Assembly (NCBI GenBank): GCA_963666275.2
Contig: CAXXOA010000001.1
Span: 576,001 to 640,000, forward strand
Source of the DNA: Oceanispirochaeta sp.
GTDB lineage: Bacteria; Spirochaetota; Spirochaetia; DSM-2461
Reading direction: 5' to 3'
Length of the DNA stretch: 64,000 nt
Positions 1-10,118 of the stretch are shown piece after piece; position 1 is the first letter of the stretch, and the number at the start of each line of letters is the position of its first letter. The notes beneath the pieces are model-generated. The model searched no databases. It was not told the DNA's origin and saw only the letters and a list, made by a program, of their open reading frames with translations. A program made the translations under genes and the position numbers.

Positions 1-2
1 AA

Positions 3-527
3 GAGAATCCCGGAAAGCTCAAAATAGGCGGTACTTCTCCCGGTGGTTTGGACGATTACATCATCAACGGTTTTTCCCGGGAAGCGGGAATTGAGCTGCT
101 CTACGTGCCATATAAATCGTCGGCTCAGACCAAAGCGGCCGTACTGGGCGGTGAAATCGATATTTATCAGGATAAACTGATTTCCTTCTCCTCCATGGTG
201 AAATCCGGAGATATCAGACCCATTGTTGTACTTCATACATCCAGAATCGAGGGACTACCCGACCTGGCGGATGTTCCCTGTTCCGTAGAAAAAGGAATTT
301 TCTTTACCCAGGGTTCCTGGCGGGGGTACGCCGTAAGAAAGGACACTCCCGTGGAGATTCAGGATTTACTGGCTGAATTAGTCCGTAAAGTCTATGCGTC
401 TGAGGAATATCAGACAGCCAGTAAGAAAACCATGTCTAATATCATACCCGGGTATATCGGCCAGGAAGAGTATGGCCGGATGTGGGAGACTGAAACGACC
501 CGATTCCGGGACGTTCTCGTAAGGTAA
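3..527 (+). CDS. tctC: Tripartite tricarboxylate transporter substrate-binding protein (Bug/TctC family), 5'-truncated by the window edge
   Basis: Frame is open from base 3 (ENPGKLKIGGTSPGG...). Bug-type motifs YVPYKS...AAVLGGEID, LADVP, WRGYAVRKDTP. Upstream of tctB/tctA. Confidence 0.85.
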   Translation, partial: ENPGKLKIGGTSPGGLDDYIINGFSREAGIELLYVPYKSSAQTKAAVLGGEIDIYQDKLISFSSMVKSGDIRPIVVLHTSRIEGLPDLADVPCSVEKGIFFTQGSWRGYAVRKDTPVEIQDLLAELVRKVYASEEYQTASKKTMSNIIPGYIGQEEYGRMWETETTRFRDVLVR

Positions 528-529
528 GT

Positions 530-577
530 TTTTTCAGAAAGAGAGGACTCCCGCGGAGTTCTTCTCTTTCTGAAAAA
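530..577 (+). other. Intergenic stem-loop after tctC (probable mRNA stabiliser or partial terminator)
   Basis: 15-bp perfect inverted repeat TTTTTCAGAAAGAGA / TCTCTTTCTGAAAAA plus an inner GGACTCC/GGAGTTC stem. Confidence 0.6.
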
Positions 578-596
578 CAATTTAGGAGTCGTAAAA

Positions 597-1067
597 TTGG
601 AAATACTATTCAGTCTAATCCTTGTCGCTCTTCTGGTCGGGGCATTCATCGTCTCGGGAAGCTTCGGAGGATTGGAGATCTCAACAGATAAAATAGGTCC
701 TGCCGGATTTCCGCGTATGATCATCATCATCTGCCTTTTTTTAATGGTCCTGATCCTTCGGGATCTGATAAGAAAACCGAAAGAACAGAGCAAATCTCTC
801 ACTCCCAGGGGGGTGAGTCTCATTGCCCTGAACGTAGGACTGTTCGGTCTCTATCTTTTCTTCCTGAATGTGATTGGTTTTATCCTTTCCACATTCCTCT
901 ATGGAACTGTGGCCATCAGGACTATGGGATATAAATCTCTGAAAAAGAATGCCCTCTTTATGCTGATTCTGACAGTCCTTATAACCCTCATATTCGGCAG
1001 AATCTTTTACGTGTCACTGCCAAGAGGGCTTGGCTTTATGCGTCAGCTCTCTTATTTAGCCTATTAA
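597..1067 (+). CDS. tctB: Tripartite tricarboxylate transporter small membrane subunit TctB
   Basis: 156 aa hydrophobic protein with GPAGFPR and VSLPRG motifs; TTG start with AGGAG RBS. Confidence 0.85.
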   Translation: MEILFSLILVALLVGAFIVSGSFGGLEISTDKIGPAGFPRMIIIICLFLMVLILRDLIRKPKEQSKSLTPRGVSLIALNVGLFGLYLFFLNVIGFILSTFLYGTVAIRTMGYKSLKKNALFMLILTVLITLIFGRIFYVSLPRGLGFMRQLSYLAY

Positions 1068-1079
1068 AAGGAGACATAT

Positions 1080-2597
1080 ATGGAAAATATTTTACAGTCA
1101 CTGCCCATTGTTTTCAGTCCTTTTGCTCTCCTTTCGATGTTCCTGGGAACTTTTTTCGGGATTATCTGCGGAGCCTTACCGGGGTTGGGACCGACCATGT
1201 CGGTGGTGCTTCTTTTACCCTTCACCTATAAAATGGATCCCATTGTGGGGATTATCACACTGATAGCCGTGAATGTCGGTGCCCAGGCGGGAGGGAGTAT
1301 CTCCTCCATTCTTCTGAAAGTTCCAGGAACTCCCAGTGCCATCGCGACAACCTTTGACGGCTATCCCATGGCAAAGCAGGGAAAAGTCGGGAAAGCTCTG
1401 GGACTGTCGATTTCAGCCTCTGCCATCGGAAGTATTATTTCTGCAATTATCATGCTCGTGTCGGCACCCATGCTGTCACGGTTCGCCCTGAAATTCCAGA
1501 GTGCCGAATATTTTGCCCTGGCTCTTCTGGGGCTGAGCTGTATTTCCAGTCTGGGAGCAAAGAATCAATTGAAGTCCCTGGTAGCCGCTGGTTTCGGCCT
1601 ATTGCTTTCTACGGTAGGACTGGATTCCATTAATGGAACTGAACGGTTTACTTTCGGACAGAATTTTCTGATGGGCGGTATTGATTATATCCCGGTTCTC
1701 GTCGGAGCCTATGCCATAGCGGAAGTCTATAAGAACATCGGAAAGATCTTGAGTACCAAACAGCCGGAAAAAACAATCGAAGGAAAGACAAAATTTCAAT
1801 TCATCACATTAAAAGAGATCCTCTCCAAATGGAAGACCTATGTGAAGGGTTCGGTTATCGGTACCCTCGTAGGAATAGTACCTGCAGCAGGTGGATCCAT
1901 AGCCGCTTTCATTGCCTACAGCGAGGAAGTCCGCTCCAGTAAGCATCCGGAAAAATTCGGAACTGGAATTGATGAGGGAATCATTGCCCCGGAAAGCTCC
2001 AATAATGCCGCAGTAGGGGGGTCTCTTGTTCCCACACTGACATTGGGAATTCCCGGAAGTCCCGTGGCTGCTATCATCATGGCTGCTTTCATGCTTCATG
2101 GATTGACCCCCGGACCTTTGCTTATTAAACAGCAGCCCACTATGCTGTACAGCATCTTTTTCGGGATCATCATAGCGTCTCTCATGCTGTTATTTGTTCT
2201 TGGGAAAGTTATTGCCAGACAGTTTTCCCGTATACTGAAACTCCCATATCCCATGCTGGCTGTTCTGATTATGGTCCTGGGAGTTGTAGGGGCCTACTCT
2301 CTGAGGAATAATATGACAGATGTTATTTTTGTCTTTTTCTTCAGTTTCGTCGGGTACTTTTTTACAAGATTTGACTATTCGACTTCATCGTTTGTCCTGG
2401 GGCTTATCCTCGGATCGATTCTGGAGAATGCCATGAGGAAACAGCTCATTGTAAGTGAAGGTCACTGGATCGGTTTTTTCACAAGACCTATCTCTCTGAT
2501 TATACTATTGCTGGCTCTGATAGCTTTTATAAGTCCCCATGTGAAGGCGTTCCTTATGAAAAGAGGCGCGGACTCTGCTCAAATCAAAAATGATTAA
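1080..2597 (+). CDS. tctA: Tripartite tricarboxylate transporter large membrane subunit TctA
   Basis: 505 aa; GALPGLGPTM, GGSISSILLKVPGTPSAIATTFDGYPMAKQG, PESSNNAA, LTLGIPGS motifs. Confidence 0.93.
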   Translation: MENILQSLPIVFSPFALLSMFLGTFFGIICGALPGLGPTMSVVLLLPFTYKMDPIVGIITLIAVNVGAQAGGSISSILLKVPGTPSAIATTFDGYPMAKQGKVGKALGLSISASAIGSIISAIIMLVSAPMLSRFALKFQSAEYFALALLGLSCISSLGAKNQLKSLVAAGFGLLLSTVGLDSINGTERFTFGQNFLMGGIDYIPVLVGAYAIAEVYKNIGKILSTKQPEKTIEGKTKFQFITLKEILSKWKTYVKGSVIGTLVGIVPAAGGSIAAFIAYSEEVRSSKHPEKFGTGIDEGIIAPESSNNAAVGGSLVPTLTLGIPGSPVAAIIMAAFMLHGLTPGPLLIKQQPTMLYSIFFGIIIASLMLLFVLGKVIARQFSRILKLPYPMLAVLIMVLGVVGAYSLRNNMTDVIFVFFFSFVGYFFTRFDYSTSSFVLGLILGSILENAMRKQLIVSEGHWIGFFTRPISLIILLLALIAFISPHVKAFLMKRGADSAQIKND

Positions 2598-2684
2598 TGG
2601 ATCTTTGCTTCTATTATTTAAGTGTTGGAAGTTTCCGGTGCTACAGGATATATTATCAATTGAATTCCGATTTAGGAGATTGTA

Positions 2685-3332
2685 ATGAAAAATAACGGAC
2701 CCTCCGTTGCTGTGTATGAGAGTTTGAAGAAAAAGATTGAAAACGGTTCTTTATCTCCCAGTGAAAATCTCCGTGAAGTTGAACTGGCCAACCAGTACAA
2801 GGTGAGCCGGAACACGATAAAAAAAGCTCTCCTGATGCTGGAGCGGGATACTCTTGTCTCTATTGAGCAGAATAAGGGTGCCAAAGTCCGATCCTACTCT
2901 CTGGATGAGGTTCTTGAATTTCTGGAACTCAGAAGTTTCATGGAAGGGTTTATAACCAGACTGGCCTGCAACGCCCTTACGAGAGAGGCTCTGGCCGCTC
3001 TCGAGGGTATTCTTCAGCAAATGAAAGTCTATAAAGAGAAACAGGAGCTTGTGTCCTACTCGGAAAACAATCAGAAGTTTCACAAAATCATCTATGATGC
3101 CTGTCCCAACAATACGGCAACCAGACTTCTGGTGAGTCTCAAGGGGCAGATGAAAAAATATAACACCAAAACAATCCTGATTCCCGGTCGTAGCGATCAG
3201 TCTTTTGCTGAGCATGAAGCGATATTCCAGGCTCTGAAAGATAAGGATTGTGCCAGGGCCGAAAGCCTTATGGTTGAGCATGTTATGAATGTCCGGGAAG
3301 TTTTTCAGAAAAACTTTCAATTGCTCCTTTAA
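2685..3332 (+). CDS. GntR-family (FCD domain) transcriptional regulator
   Basis: N-terminal wHTH (LREVELANQYKVSRNTIKKAL) and FCD domain (NQKFH...EHEAIFQAL...H). Confidence 0.9.
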   Translation: MKNNGPSVAVYESLKKKIENGSLSPSENLREVELANQYKVSRNTIKKALLMLERDTLVSIEQNKGAKVRSYSLDEVLEFLELRSFMEGFITRLACNALTREALAALEGILQQMKVYKEKQELVSYSENNQKFHKIIYDACPNNTATRLLVSLKGQMKKYNTKTILIPGRSDQSFAEHEAIFQALKDKDCARAESLMVEHVMNVREVFQKNFQLLL

Positions 3333-3349
3333 TATTACAGGAAAAAACA

Positions 3350-4438
3350 ATGCAGAGAAATATACCTTTTATGCAGATCCGGGGAGGCAGCTCCAAGGGG
3401 CTGTACTTCCGGAATGAACATCTGCCGGCAGATACTGATGAAAAAGACAGAATCCTACTGGCAGCCATGGCCGGTAGCGGTCCTTCCGATAAAAGGCAGA
3501 TAGACGGATTAGGCGGTGGGGATCCTTTGACGAGTAAAGTGGGAATTGTGTCACTGTCATCCAGAGAAGATGCCGATCTGGACTATGAATTTGTTCAGGT
3601 TCTTGTGGGAGAAGGCCGGGCGGACAGAACTCAGAACTGTGGAAATATTCTGGCGGGAGTGGCTCCGTTTGCTCTCGAAACCGGGATGATTCAGGCTTCT
3701 GATCCGGAAACACAGGTCAGGATCTTTATGACCAACAGCGGGTCTGTCTGTACCGTAAAGCTTCAGACACCAGGGGGACACATTACTTATAGTGGAGATG
3801 CCTCCATAGACGGGGTTCCGGGAACCTCTGCTCCTATCAAATGCAATTATCAGGATATCGCCGGGTCTGCCTGCGGTTCTCTTCTGCCCACAGGAAATCC
3901 TGCGGATACCATCGATGGTATTCAGGTGACCTGTATTGATAACGGGATGCCTGTGGTCCTGCTGCGGGCTTCCGATCTGGATCGGACAGGAAGAGAGACC
4001 CCGGAGCAACTCAATAGTGATACAGAGTTGAAAGAACGTCTGGAAAGGATCCGTCTGCAGGCGGGGATAGCGATGAACCTGGGGGATGTTTCCGGAAAAT
4101 CCGTACCGAAAATGACTCTGATCTCCCCACCTGAAAATGGCGGACTGGTCAATACCAGAAGTTTTATCCCCCATAAAATCCATGCTGCCATCGGAGTTCT
4201 GGCGTCAGTCACTGTGGCTACAGGGTGTCTCATTCCCGGTACAGTGGCGGCCGGTATGGCCAGAATGGAGACTGCCGGTGATGACTCGATTTACAGAATC
4301 GAGCATCCCTCGGGAGATCTCACTGTGAATCTCGTTTTAGATTTGTCCGGGGAGTTCCCGGATGTGAAAGAAGCGGGAATCATCAGAACAGCCCGGGCTC
4401 TGAGCCGGGGCGAAATACTATTACCAGAAGGAATGTGA
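3350..4438 (+). CDS. galD: 4-oxalomesaconate tautomerase (PrpF/AcnD-accessory family, GalD/LigU-like)
   Basis: [49 protein letters not shown] motifs; adjacent to a ligK-like aldolase. Confidence 0.85.
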   Translation: MQRNIPFMQIRGGSSKGLYFRNEHLPADTDEKDRILLAAMAGSGPSDKRQIDGLGGGDPLTSKVGIVSLSSREDADLDYEFVQVLVGEGRADRTQNCGNILAGVAPFALETGMIQASDPETQVRIFMTNSGSVCTVKLQTPGGHITYSGDASIDGVPGTSAPIKCNYQDIAGSACGSLLPTGNPADTIDGIQVTCIDNGMPVVLLRASDLDRTGRETPEQLNSDTELKERLERIRLQAGIAMNLGDVSGKSVPKMTLISPPENGGLVNTRSFIPHKIHAAIGVLASVTVATGCLIPGTVAAGMARMETAGDDSIYRIEHPSGDLTVNLVLDLSGEFPDVKEAGIIRTARALSRGEILLPEGM

Positions 4439-4439
4439 A

Positions 4440-5147
4440 ATGAAAACAGTAGCTGTGAAAAATATAGAAAGAGCTGATCAGAATGTGATCGATCGTCTCG
4501 GTGAACTGGGGGTTGCCACAACCCATGAAGCTCAGGGAAGGATAGGACTCCTCAAACCCTATATCCGGCCTATCTATCGACATGCGAGAATTGCCGGAAG
4601 TGCTGTCACTGTCCTGGTTCAGCCCGGTGACAACTGGATGATGCATGTGGCGATTGAACTTTGCCGACCCGGAGATGTCCTGGTTGTCGCCTGTTCCTCA
4701 GATACGGATAATGGATTTTTCGGTGATCTTCTGGCCGAATCAGCCAAGGCACGGGGTGTGAAAGGACTTATTATTGACGGAGGGGTCCGGGATACAGGGC
4801 CTTTGGAGGATATGGAATTTCCTGTCTGGTCTAGAGCTGTCAGTTCCCAGGGAACTGTCAAGGAGACTCTGGGAGCCGTTAATGTGCCCATCGTCTGTGC
4901 CGGACAGTTCATTCTGCCTGGAGATATTGTCGTTGCTGATGACGACGGGGTGGTCGTTGTAGAAAGACGTGCTGCTGAAAAAGTTCTCGAAGAAGGAGTC
5001 GCCCGGGAAAACAGGGAAATAGAAAAAAGAAAACGTCTGGCCGCTGGAGAGCTGGGGCTAGATATCTATAACATGCGTCCCCGTCTTGAAGAAAAGGGCC
5101 TGGTCTATCTGGAAAATCTGGAAGAGTATTACAGCTTTAATGCTTAG
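4440..5147 (+). CDS. ligK: 4-carboxy-4-hydroxy-2-oxoadipate aldolase / oxaloacetate decarboxylase (RraA-like, LigK/GalC)
   Basis: [59 protein letters not shown]. Confidence 0.9.
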   Translation: MKTVAVKNIERADQNVIDRLGELGVATTHEAQGRIGLLKPYIRPIYRHARIAGSAVTVLVQPGDNWMMHVAIELCRPGDVLVVACSSDTDNGFFGDLLAESAKARGVKGLIIDGGVRDTGPLEDMEFPVWSRAVSSQGTVKETLGAVNVPIVCAGQFILPGDIVVADDDGVVVVERRAAEKVLEEGVARENREIEKRKRLAAGELGLDIYNMRPRLEEKGLVYLENLEEYYSFNA

Positions 5148-5164
5148 CTGAACTTTCTGGGCTG

Positions 5165-5201
5165 CAGAACACGCGGGAAAATCTGTTTCCAGCGTGTTCT
5201 G
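5165..5201. terminator. Hairpin between convergent ligK and DUF4139 genes
   Basis: CAGAACACGC...GCGTGTTCTG stem with inner GGAAA/TTTCC pairs; no long U tract. Confidence 0.5.
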
Positions 5202-5229
5202 ATATAATAATCACTCCTATTTCCGTGTT

Positions 5230-7245
5230 CTATATATCCAGACTCAGAATATACTCTTTCAGCCTCTCCTCGGATCTGAGAATTTCCGTCTGAAGGCTGT
5301 CCAGGCGGGTATTGTACGACTGGATCTGCTTCTCCTGATCACCGAGCTGTTTCTCATACTGTTCATAGAGATCTGAACTTTTGTCCAGGACTTTCATATT
5401 CTCCCGGATCCGGCTCTGATCTCTTCCCAGGCGGCTAAGGCTGTTGTTCACCGATGTGATCTCACTGCGGATCCTGTCGCTGTCCCTTTTCAGGTCCGAA
5501 AGTTTTTTCAGAGCTCCTTCCAGTTCCGGGTTCAGGCCATTCCACTCCAGATAGTAGGCATAGTCCTGGACTCCCATACTCAGTAGGTTATACTGACGGG
5601 TGCTTATATACTCCTCTCTCACGGGGACCGGCTGTTCCCAGTCCGACAGGGTGAATCTGTACTCTCCCGGTGTTTCCTCCTGAATCTCCGGGCTTTCGAT
5701 CAGATTCCATCCCGCATTTTTCGGATGAATCAGGAGCAGCTCCCTTTCATCTCCCTCAATTCTGTAGAGGGTTTCTCTCCGGATCCTGTCTTCCCTGTAC
5801 AGAAGACCGTCTGCCATTTTGAGGCTTACTATCTTCTGGGGTTCCGAGCTTGTCTCTTTCAGAACTTCCACTGATCCGTGGACCGCATAGGTCAGAAGTC
5901 TGGAATTTTCCGGAAGCATTTCCGGCAGAAGGGTATCTCCCGCATAGGAGCGGCCTTCCAGTACTGTGGCGGGGCCTGTGGCCCATTGCGCATCAGAGCT
6001 GTTTTCCAGCCGGATCCCCTTGAAGACCATATCGTAGGAGGGGTCATAGACCGCCAGGGAGGACCCGGCATTCTCCGATACCAGTATGGGGATCATCGCC
6101 GTGGAACGGGCTTCCAGGGTGACGGGAGTCTTTACATCATAGCGGTAGAAGTTCCCTGCACGGCTTCCCAGGGCCCTGGATTCCGCCGGGGCGGGAACAT
6201 AGGATTCTTCCATCTCATAGGCTTCATCGGCATAGTAATCCCCTGCCATCTCATCTTCCATAGCCATCATCTGGGAAGAGGCTCTGTAGGATTTTTCCAT
6301 AGCCATGGAGGGCGCCGGTTCAGGAGCATAACCCCTGTCATATCCTGTCGCTCCGATGGGGGCGGCCGAGGCGATCTCCACCTGGTCTCTGTGAACATAC
6401 CGGGGTGTTGAAAGATCCATGGTAAAGGCATTGGGGCTTCCCGCTACAAAGCCCAGCCGGACATCTTTCCAGGGGGCATTCCCTGTATTCTGAACAAGGG
6501 CCCATCCCTCCAGCCGGGGAACTCCCTCTTCATTCAGGGTGATTCTATAGCTTGTCTTCCAGAGGGGAACAGCTCTGATATAACTGATTCTGATCCGTCT
6601 TTCACCGGTTCCCGTACAGCGGATTGCCAGCATCCTGGTGGACTTTATCCGGGACTGGGCAATCAGGGTCAGGGCTCTGTTCATTTCATCCCTCAGGACA
6701 GGATCATCATAGCTCAGGCTCTGGAGTTCTGTTATATTCACTGCTCTGATTCCGCTTTCGTCCAGCAGGTTCAGAACCGTCAGGGTGCTCTCATCTTCTC
6801 TCTGAATCTCCACACTGAAAATCTTTCCCGAGTAGGTTCCTTCCCGGGTTGTTACGGTCACAATCTCTCCCTGGGTTCTGAGGAGGAAATCCTTCAGAGC
6901 CGGTGATCCCGAGGGGTTGATCCTCATGTCTCCCAGGGCGGAAGAGAGGGGGTCTCCGCTGGCGAAGCTGACCGCTTCTGTGGTGCCTCCTCCCAGATCC
7001 TCCAGGACAAGGCTTTTCAGGATGTCATTCATATCCTTATGCTCTACCGGAAGATAGATCGTCTGATTGCCCTGCACGGTGGTTTCATGGACAATCTGAG
7101 CCAGTCCGGCCGTGTAGAGGGTGACACCTGTGACAGGCAGGGGGCTTCCCGAGACGGATGACAGGTCGACAGTTCCTTCTCCGGCGCTGACGGCGGGGAG
7201 ACCGATGGTAATAAAAAATATTAGAGCCAGTGTGATTCTATTCAT
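5230..7245 (-). CDS. Exported DUF4139/DUF4140-type protein with C-terminal coiled coil
   Basis: Signal peptide; VTLYTAGLA, MNDILKSL, PLWKTSYR, LEGWALVQNTG..PWKDVRL motifs; heptad-rich C-terminus. Confidence 0.7.
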   Translation of the reverse strand: MNRITLALIFFITIGLPAVSAGEGTVDLSSVSGSPLPVTGVTLYTAGLAQIVHETTVQGNQTIYLPVEHKDMNDILKSLVLEDLGGGTTEAVSFASGDPLSSALGDMRINPSGSPALKDFLLRTQGEIVTVTTREGTYSGKIFSVEIQREDESTLTVLNLLDESGIRAVNITELQSLSYDDPVLRDEMNRALTLIAQSRIKSTRMLAIRCTGTGERRIRISYIRAVPLWKTSYRITLNEEGVPRLEGWALVQNTGNAPWKDVRLGFVAGSPNAFTMDLSTPRYVHRDQVEIASAAPIGATGYDRGYAPEPAPSMAMEKSYRASSQMMAMEDEMAGDYYADEAYEMEESYVPAPAESRALGSRAGNFYRYDVKTPVTLEARSTAMIPILVSENAGSSLAVYDPSYDMVFKGIRLENSSDAQWATGPATVLEGRSYAGDTLLPEMLPENSRLLTYAVHGSVEVLKETSSEPQKIVSLKMADGLLYREDRIRRETLYRIEGDERELLLIHPKNAGWNLIESPEIQEETPGEYRFTLSDWEQPVPVREEYISTRQYNLLSMGVQDYAYYLEWNGLNPELEGALKKLSDLKRDSDRIRSEITSVNNSLSRLGRDQSRIRENMKVLDKSSDLYEQYEKQLGDQEKQIQSYNTRLDSLQTEILRSEERLKEYILSLDI

Positions 7246-7343
7246 AATATTGAAGGATATTATATCCCCGTTGTATTTGCTATCAGTTTTACAGGAAATA
7301 CAGGAGAACTGAGTGTTTTGGCAGACCCCTGAGGGCTCAAGGG

Positions 7344-7372
7344 TTGACCAGTTTCAAAACCTTTTTTATGAT
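7344..7372 (+). promoter_or_regulatory. Sigma70-type promoter for glyA
   Basis: TTGACC (7344-7349), 17-bp spacer, TATGAT (7367-7372); the predicted start falls just before the riboswitch. Confidence 0.7.
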
Positions 7373-7379
7373 ATTAAAA

Positions 7380-7453
7380 CTCTGTGACTGACGCATGAAG
7401 GGGAGCAAACCCCTGGGAAGCAGAGCAATTCAATTGAGCCGCGCGTCTGGGCT
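7380..7453 (+). promoter_or_regulatory. ZMP/ZTP riboswitch (pfl RNA motif)
   Basis: CTCTG-TGACTGACG...GGGAAG-CAGAG P1, AGGGG/CCCCT P2, and 3' GCCG-CGCGTC-TGGGC with GACGC/GCGTC pseudoknot. Lies upstream of glyA, a typical target. Confidence 0.9.
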
Positions 7454-7514
7454 GTATCCCGGATGCCTCATGTCTGAAATTTCAAGTATCCGGGTAACGA
7501 ATCGAGGAGTTTTT

Positions 7515-8753
7515 ATGGAACATCTCAAAAACCTGGATCCCCAGCTGGCAGAAATGATCTCACAGGAAGAAGCTCGACAGAGGGACAAAATCCGTCTGAT
7601 CGCATCGGAAAACTATGTTTCCCATGCGGTTCTGGAAGCTTCCGGAACAGTTCTGACCAACAAGTATTCCGAAGGGTACAGTTCAAAACGCTATTACGAA
7701 GGCCAGCAGATGATCGATCAGATCGAAGATCTGGCAATCCAGCGGGCCAAAGCCCTCTTCGGGGCGGATCATGCCAATGTGCAGCCCTACTCGGGATCTC
7801 CCGCCAACCTGGCTGTGTATCTGGCTTTTATGAAACCCGGCGACACCGCTCTGGGAATGGAGCTCTCCCACGGAGGTCACCTGACTCATGGATCCCCTGT
7901 GAGTTTTTCGGGCAAGTATTTCAATATGATTCACTACGGTCTGACTCCCGAAGGAGAGATCGATTACGAAGCCATGGAAAAAGCCGCCAGTGAGAACAAA
8001 CCCAAAGTGATTATTGCGGGCCATTCCGCTTTTCCGGGAATCCCCGACTGGAAGCGGTTCCGGGATATCGCCGACCAGGTGGGAGCCATCCTCTGGGTGG
8101 ATATGGCTCACTTTGCCGGGCTTGTGGCCGGTGGTGTTCATCCCTCACCCGTTCCCTATGCGGATGTGGTGACAACCACAACCCATAAAAGTCTCAGAGG
8201 CCCCCGGGGCGGTATGATCCTCTGCAGGGAAGAGCATGCCAAAGCCATGGACAAGGCTGTCTTCCCGGGATGTCAGGGAGGCCCTCACAATCATACTACC
8301 GCAGCCATTGCGGCTGCTCTGCTGGAAGCCTCTCAGCCCGAGTTCAAAGAGTATGCGGCCCAGGTTGTGAAGAACGCCCGGGCCCTGGCAGAAGGACTTT
8401 CCTCCTACGGTTTCAACCTGGTTTCAGGGGGGACGGAAAATCACCTGATGCTTATAGATCTGAGGAACAAAGGCATTACTGGGAAACAGGCTGCCAAAGC
8501 CATGGACCGGGCGGGGATCGTGTGCAACTACAACACAGTTCCCTTTGACGATGCCAAGCCTTTCAATCCCAACGGGCTGAGAATGGGGACTCCGGCGGTT
8601 ACCTCCCGGGGAATGAAAGAAGAGGAAATGAAACAGATCGCCGGTTTCATCAATAAAGCGGTGGAGAATTTCGAGAATGAAGAGGTTCTGGATGCTCTGG
8701 CGGAAGAGGTGAAAACCTTCTGTCAGGCTTTTGTGCCTCCCGGACTGGACTGA
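7515..8753 (+). CDS. glyA: Serine hydroxymethyltransferase
   Basis: [38 protein letters not shown] (PLP lysine). True start is the ATG at 7515 after GAGGAG, not the ORF-track start at 7395. Confidence 0.97.
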   Translation: MEHLKNLDPQLAEMISQEEARQRDKIRLIASENYVSHAVLEASGTVLTNKYSEGYSSKRYYEGQQMIDQIEDLAIQRAKALFGADHANVQPYSGSPANLAVYLAFMKPGDTALGMELSHGGHLTHGSPVSFSGKYFNMIHYGLTPEGEIDYEAMEKAASENKPKVIIAGHSAFPGIPDWKRFRDIADQVGAILWVDMAHFAGLVAGGVHPSPVPYADVVTTTTHKSLRGPRGGMILCREEHAKAMDKAVFPGCQGGPHNHTTAAIAAALLEASQPEFKEYAAQVVKNARALAEGLSSYGFNLVSGGTENHLMLIDLRNKGITGKQAAKAMDRAGIVCNYNTVPFDDAKPFNPNGLRMGTPAVTSRGMKEEEMKQIAGFINKAVENFENEEVLDALAEEVKTFCQAFVPPGLD

Positions 8754-8764
8754 TTTTATATTTC

Positions 8765-8840
8765 GGGTCGGGGGCTATAGCGATAGACCCCGACTCCTAT
8801 AGCGATAGACCCCGACTCCTATAGCAAGTAGCCCCGACTC
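8765..8840. repeat. REP-like hairpin with three tandem 22-bp units
   Basis: CTATAGCGATAGACCCCGACTC at 8775 and 8797, variant CTATAGCAAGTAGCCCCGACTC at 8819. The preceding GGGTCGGGGG can pair with each CCCCGACTC. Confidence 0.85.
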
Positions 8841-8888
8841 AGGCAGTTTTCTATTCCATCAATACTGCAGCTGTCTTATATTTAGTGT

Positions 8889-9407
8889 ATGAATACAAAC
8901 AATGAACATGCTATTGAACCCCTTGTGGATACGGACACTATTATGGAAATTCTGGGACAGATTACCATATTGGGTGGTCTGAATGAGGATGAACTGAACT
9001 TTCTATTCAAAAAGATGAATAAGATCCGCTACAGGAAAGGGGAGATTATCTTTTCCCGGGGTGATAGGGCCTCTTACATATACATTGTGAAATCCGGGAT
9101 GGCGAAGATGTACATTGAAGAGGATCAGACCGCTTTTGAGCTGGCTGAGTTCCGGGTGGGCCAGTGTTTCGGCGAGACTTCTCTAATCGGCATTCAGCCC
9201 CAGTCGGCTACGATTATCGCCGAGGAAGACTCGGAACTTATTATCTTTTCCGGATCGGCCCTGCATTCCCTATACAAAGAGAATGTGCAGCTCTTTTCGA
9301 AAATCCTTCTGAATATTGCCCGGGAGTCCTGCCGCCGTCTGGCCCAGACCGACGATGTGATGCTCCACTATGTGCTGGATGAGAAGAAGAGGGGACAGGT
9401 TTTGTGA
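8889..9407 (+). CDS. Stand-alone cyclic nucleotide-binding domain protein (Crp/Fnr-type cNMP domain, no HTH)
   Basis: KGEIIFSRGD, IYIVKSG, GQCFGETSLI, SATIIAEEDSEL; 172 aa. Confidence 0.85.
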   Translation: MNTNNEHAIEPLVDTDTIMEILGQITILGGLNEDELNFLFKKMNKIRYRKGEIIFSRGDRASYIYIVKSGMAKMYIEEDQTAFELAEFRVGQCFGETSLIGIQPQSATIIAEEDSELIIFSGSALHSLYKENVQLFSKILLNIARESCRRLAQTDDVMLHYVLDEKKRGQVL

Positions 9408-9421
9408 CGGGAACCCCCGGG

Positions 9422-9451
9422 TGATGGGGGGTATCGCTATACCCCCCATCA
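9422..9451. repeat. REP-type palindrome upstream of the RAYT gene
   Basis: TGATGGGGGGTAT-CGCT-ATACCCCCCATCA, 13-bp perfect stem. Confidence 0.8.
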
Positions 9452-9548
9452 TCACAAAACCATTACCCTCGATCAGAATTTATTGTCAAGTAAATTGAAG
9501 CATTACTAATATAATCAATGTTATAAAGAACAAATCCATATAAGAGGT

Positions 9549-10103
9549 TTGTTCAGGATGAAGTCAAGAAAACATAACCGCCATTCCATTCGCCTGAAAG
9601 GATTTGATTACTCAAATACAGGGGCCTATTTCATCACTATATGTACAAAGTACAGAGAATGCCTATTCGGAGAGATTAAACATAAAAAAATGGAATTGAA
9701 TGATTTGGGACAAATTGTACTGGAAGAATGGTTAAATACTCAGGAAATCCGTCCAAATATTAAATGTGATATTTTTGTTGTTATGCCGGACCATTTTCAT
9801 GGGATCATTGAAATATTGGAGTATGGGGTGTATCGCAATACACCCCATACTCCAAGGACAACATTTATTCCCAATCCTCATATCACGAAAACAAGAATTG
9901 CAAGATTTGAATCTCCCTCAAAAAATTTAGGATCTATAATCAGAGGATTTAAAGGGGCGGCAACAAAAAAAATCAATTTGCATAGAAATACCCCAGGTCA
10001 ATCTGTCTGGCAAAGGGACTATTATGAGCATATAATCCGGAATGAAATTGAATACAGAAGAATTCATCAATATATTCTGAAGAATCCTGAGAAATGGCAA
10101 TAA
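9549..10103 (+). mobile_element. REP-associated tyrosine (HUH/Y1) transposase, RAYT, IS200/IS605 superfamily
   Basis: RHSIRLKGFDYS..GAYFITIC, VVMPDHFHGII (HUH), LGSIIRGFK, WQRDYYEHIIRNE..YILKNP motifs. The start may be the ATG at 9558. Confidence 0.9.
9816..9855. repeat. REP palindrome inside the RAYT coding sequence
   Basis: TTGGAGTATGGGGTGTAT-CGCA-ATACACCCCATACTCCAA, 18-bp perfect stem. Confidence 0.85.
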
Positions 10104-10118
10104 GGTTTGGGGGTATTG

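Noticed and set aside
7395..7514. 40-aa N-terminal extension of GlyA
   Set aside because: This region is the riboswitch leader; the SD and SHMT homology begin at 7515.
8775..8840. 22-bp direct repeats as a mini CRISPR array
   Set aside because: Units are contiguous with no spacers and there are no cas genes.
9549..10103. Classical IS200/IS605 element with tnpB
   Set aside because: No tnpB is present; the motifs and flanking palindromes fit a RAYT.
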